A DNA stretch of 64,000 bases. Source: Balanoglossus misakiensis (taxonomy: Eukaryota > Animalia > Hemichordata). Location of the stretch: positions 12,029,834 through 12,093,833 of the forward strand of contig CM082579.2 in the NCBI GenBank assembly GCA_040954595.2, given 5' to 3'. This document shows positions 61,101 to 64,000 of the stretch, piece by piece. The notes beneath the pieces were generated by a model. That model saw only the letters and a program-made list of their open reading frames with translations, did no database searches and was not told the origin of the DNA. A program made the position numbers and the translations under genes. The stretch's first letter is position 1. Each line of letters starts with the position of its first letter.

Positions 61101-63780
61101 GCAAGTTTGTGTCATCGGTTTTCAAAATCAGGCCGACCCCCCCTTCACTCGGCACCAAAAAATGATGACCCCCCCTTTGACAGACCCAAAAATATGATGA
61201 CCCCCCCCCCCCCATGCCGAAAACATTCGCCGTCCTGATCCTATGAACACTATATCCAATAAAGGGAATGAGGCTCCTCACACCTCAATTATAAATTTCT
61301 TAAAAGTAATTGAAGTATATAATAGTATATCATTGCAATAAAGAAATCTATGATAAAAATAAAATGACAAGTCAATACAATAGTTGCTAGAATTGGTAAA
61401 ACAAGAAAAGTGGCGGGGATGGGCTTGGGAGGGGGTGTCCCCCTCCCACATAAGAAAATTTTTGTAAAATACGGTGCTCAAAGTTGCATTTTAATGAACT
61501 CAAAAGCAAATTAACTCAATGTTAGGCCGGACAAATTTTAATTTTGGCACTCCACTCAAAGTAAGCATCGGGGTGGGGTGGCAAGAAGTCTGCCCGGCCT
61601 GGTGCACTAGACAAACCAGCAAATAAATGATATGTGGCGAAGAATAAAGGGGGTGGGTGTGGGAGGGTGTGTCCCCCTCCCACATGAGAAAATTTTGTAA
61701 AATAAAGGGCGCAACATTGCATTTTTTATGAACTCAAAAGCAAATTATCTCAATGTTTGGGAGGACCAATTTTACCTTTTGCCACTCCACTCAAAGTTAG
61801 AAGATTTGACGTCATCTTCGTCATGACATCATTTATAAAACTTCTAGTATATAGAAGATGCAGCGCGAAAGTCTCAGTTTTGGGAAATGGTTTAAACGAT
61901 TATTCTCCTTTATGTATTTACTTTGTTAAATAATAACATGAGTGGGGTTGGGGTGGCAAGCACTCTGCCCTGGTACACTAGACAAACCAGCAAAAAACGA
62001 AATGTGGCGGAGAATGAAAGGGGGTGTCCCCCTCCCACATGAGAAAATTTTGTAAAATAAAGGGCGCGAAACTGCAATTTTGTGGACTCAAAAGCAAAAG
62101 CTCGGTGGCAAAAGTATGTGACCCCCCCCTAAACGTTTAAAAAAACAGATGACCCCCCCTTTTGAACTTCAAAATTTAAGTGTTCTTTCAGGAGATGACA
62201 TAAAGTGAGTTCGGAGATGAAAATATTTTGAGCTGCAGTGAAAGATATGGACTGATCAATAAATTTTGGGTGGTTTACACAATTAAAGCCTCAGTATTTC
62301 TCGTAGGGGCAAAATTTTGTTTGAAATGGCATCTATAATTTCTAAAAGTAGATGATAATTGATACTGAATCGAACAGTCATCATTCTCAGCTCTGCTCAT
62401 AAACTCATACAATTTACAATATAACGAGTGAAGAATGACTTTCTGTCCGGACAGAAAGTCAGGCTCTGTTGACACACGTGACTACTGCGCATGCGCACTC
62501 AAATGTGATTCTATGCGGAAGAGGTTTGGTCGCCCCAAATCAAGCGACTCAGCAAAGAAATGCGCACTAATTCGGCGAAATTTTGGGAAGATAACTTTAT
62601 GGGAGAAATCAGTCGATGGAACCAGATCAAATCCGAAAATGGTCTGACGATCAAATGTCAAAGTGGCACGTTTGCTGATCGACATGTACAACATTTCCGT
62701 TGTAAACAAACCCGCGCATCATTTCAAGTGTTACGGGCAATATTTACAGCTTGCACGTAGCTACAGTTGCCCGAACCTTTCTTCTATCTTCATTATGTAG
62801 TATTCCATGATGAATGTACGGGAAAAACGGGCATTTTTCGATGATGAAAAATGGATACACACGAGAAATACTGGGGCTTTAATAACTTGCAATAACTGTA
62901 TGCAACATTTTCAAATCTAGAAGAATGTGAAAAGCTGCTGATAAGTGTAATAATAAAAAACCTCACTGAATGTTTCAAACATCCCTCATGCTCTATGTCA
63001 ACTCCTACTTAAACATTGGCTTTGCTGCACACAGTGTTTATTCTTGTCAAAGATTGCTGAGTTTGAATAGTGTTCTTCTCTTGAAAGAACACTACTAGGT
63101 GTTCAGACGATGTATACACACTGTTCTACAGAATACCCATACATTGATTGGTCTGGGTGAATTGAGACCCAACTCTGCCCTATTTCAGTGGCAGGCCACC
63201 GAATTTGCATTCTCATTAAAGTGTTCATTGGCACTACAGAGAGCAATAGGATACTGCGATGTCTTTTATTTGCTGGCTACAGTGTTCTTTAGACTCTCTC
63301 ACAGCCCCCAGTTTGCCCCAAGGCTCTTTGCATGTTGCACACTGATGCCTGACACCTCTGCCGTGGGAACTGTGGCTGAAAGGGTTAAAGATAGTGCTTG
63401 AATACTCAATGAACAAGTGCATCATCATTCATTCGATCAGTCAGTGATGAAGAAAACAAGACTTGCAAGTAAAAAATATCTCGTAAACATTAGATATCAC
63501 TTTATGTTTTTTTTTAAAGATGGAAGGAAGACCTGTGAAAAAGATGAAGTATCTTGAGACGAGAGGCGAAGAACACCCGGATGAAGGACAACAGAGAATA
63601 AAAAAGAAAGTTCGATTTGACATAGAAGCATTGAAAAATGAGAGGGAAAAAGTTGAGTCAGCAGAGATAGCTGAAAACAAGACACATTCCAAAGACAATA
63701 CAGACAGGAGAAAAATGGCCGCAGATGCAGTTGTCAAATATCTCACTCCTCACTACAAAGATGGAAAGTTTGCATCCAAG
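46164..63780 (+). CDS. RECQL5: ATP-dependent DNA helicase Q5 (continues beyond the window)
   Basis: Exons 46164-46344, 47711-48351, 49417-49631, 50726-50888, 52101-52180, 52326-52559, 53843-53984, 55072-55170, 55955-56046, 56267-56363, 56953-57081, 57476-58062, 58413-58506, 58983-59569, 60939-61032, 63520-63780. RecQ motifs [44 protein letters not shown] and Zn-binding CRH..CDFC. RECQL5-specific IRI/KIX segment [30 protein letters not shown] and start of the SRI domain [21 protein letters not shown]. Confidence 0.95.
47335..47520. mobile_element. TA-flanked MITE with TACCGT termini
   Basis: TACCGTTAAAGTCATTTTATAAG / CTTATAAAATGACTTTAACGGTA, a perfect TIR. Confidence 0.8.
48423..48799. mobile_element. 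TTAA-flanked MITE family E
   Basis: TTAAAGCTCCAATAGCTGCCAC / GTGGCAGCTATTGGGGCTTTAA. Confidence 0.75.
50324..50664. mobile_element. Foldback MITE family A, intact copy
   Basis: TTAA|AGGGACAAAGTCTCTCTCTCGCTG...CAGCGAGAGAGAGACTTTTCCCT|TTAA. Confidence 0.85.
51061..51255. mobile_element. TA-flanked MITE
   Basis: TACTGTAAAACGGGTTATT / AATAACCCGTTTTACAGTA. Confidence 0.8.
52601..52962 (+). mobile_element. Hairpin-bearing element (possibly Crypton-like)
   Basis: ~110-bp palindrome at 52601-52711, then an inverted pair TTCTCACAC...GTGTGAGAA enclosing CCAATCA. Confidence 0.6.
54118..54650 (+). mobile_element. Hairpin-bearing element (possibly Crypton-like), partly duplicated
   Basis: Arms GACGCCCTGACCATTAACGTTTGTTTATGGGC / GCCCGTAAACAAACATTAATGGTCAGGGC, with loop GGGCGAGGCTTCCGAGCCC present twice. 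Followed by ATTATATTA...CCAAT...TAATATAAT. Confidence 0.6.
57395..61057 (+). repeat. Intragenic tandem duplication of two RECQL5 exons
   Basis: 57395-58531 is repeated at 58902-61057. The 587-nt exons differ at about 5 nt and the 94-nt exons look identical by eye. Confidence 0.95.
59589..60006. mobile_element. 418-bp MITE with long TIRs and a 9-bp target-site duplication
   Basis: TAGCCCGGAGACCAGGGCGTCGA / TCGACGCCCTGGTCTCCGGGCTA. Flanks GCCTTGTTT / GCTTTGTTT. The empty site GCCTTGTTTAGAAG is visible in the paralogous intron at ~58073. Confidence 0.9.
61058..62180 (+). mobile_element. Harbinger-like G/C-tract element, 3'-truncated
   Basis: TAA|GGGACCGTTCAGTTTTTACGGC. The paralogous position 58529-58531 (TAA) lacks the element. 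Confidence 0.8.
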
Positions 63781-64000
63781 GTAAGCTGCTAGCTTGAAAG
63801 CTTTGAAGTCTCTGGAGAATATGAATCATCTTCAGTTTGTTGTTGTATTCCATCATGTCAAAGCTCTGATGAACTGCACTATATTTGTCATATATAATAT
63901 GCATCTATGCTATTAAAATTTCTGTCAAATATGTTTATACTAACTAATAATTTCTGGTGGCTGCCAAACTGTGGATTTTTTAAAATTGTAATATGGTATT

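Overview
AT-rich, intron-rich animal genomic DNA with many short non-autonomous DNA transposons. A marine invertebrate, possibly hemichordate- or echinoderm-like, is my inference from gene content and repeat style. Five protein-coding genes can be reconstructed by hand from splice signals and reading frames: (1) the 3' part of an unidentified multi-exon gene (+, 1-7276); (2) a two-exon secreted neuropeptide precursor (-, 17428-15469) carrying seven related FxGLPxF-type peptides, four of them amidated, which I cannot assign to a known family; (3) a nicotinamidase with two N-terminal EF-hands (+, 24052-35888); (4) an intronless CHST1/3-type carbohydrate sulfotransferase (-, 42973-41660); (5) RECQL5 (+, 46164 to beyond 63780), with a GC-AG intron and an in-frame tandem duplication of a two-exon, 227-codon cassette. 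The strongest candidates for novelty are the neuropeptide precursor, the RECQL5 exon-pair duplication, and several unrelated hairpin elements that share recurring tandem GA/GA mismatches. All gene models were read by eye; no searches were run.
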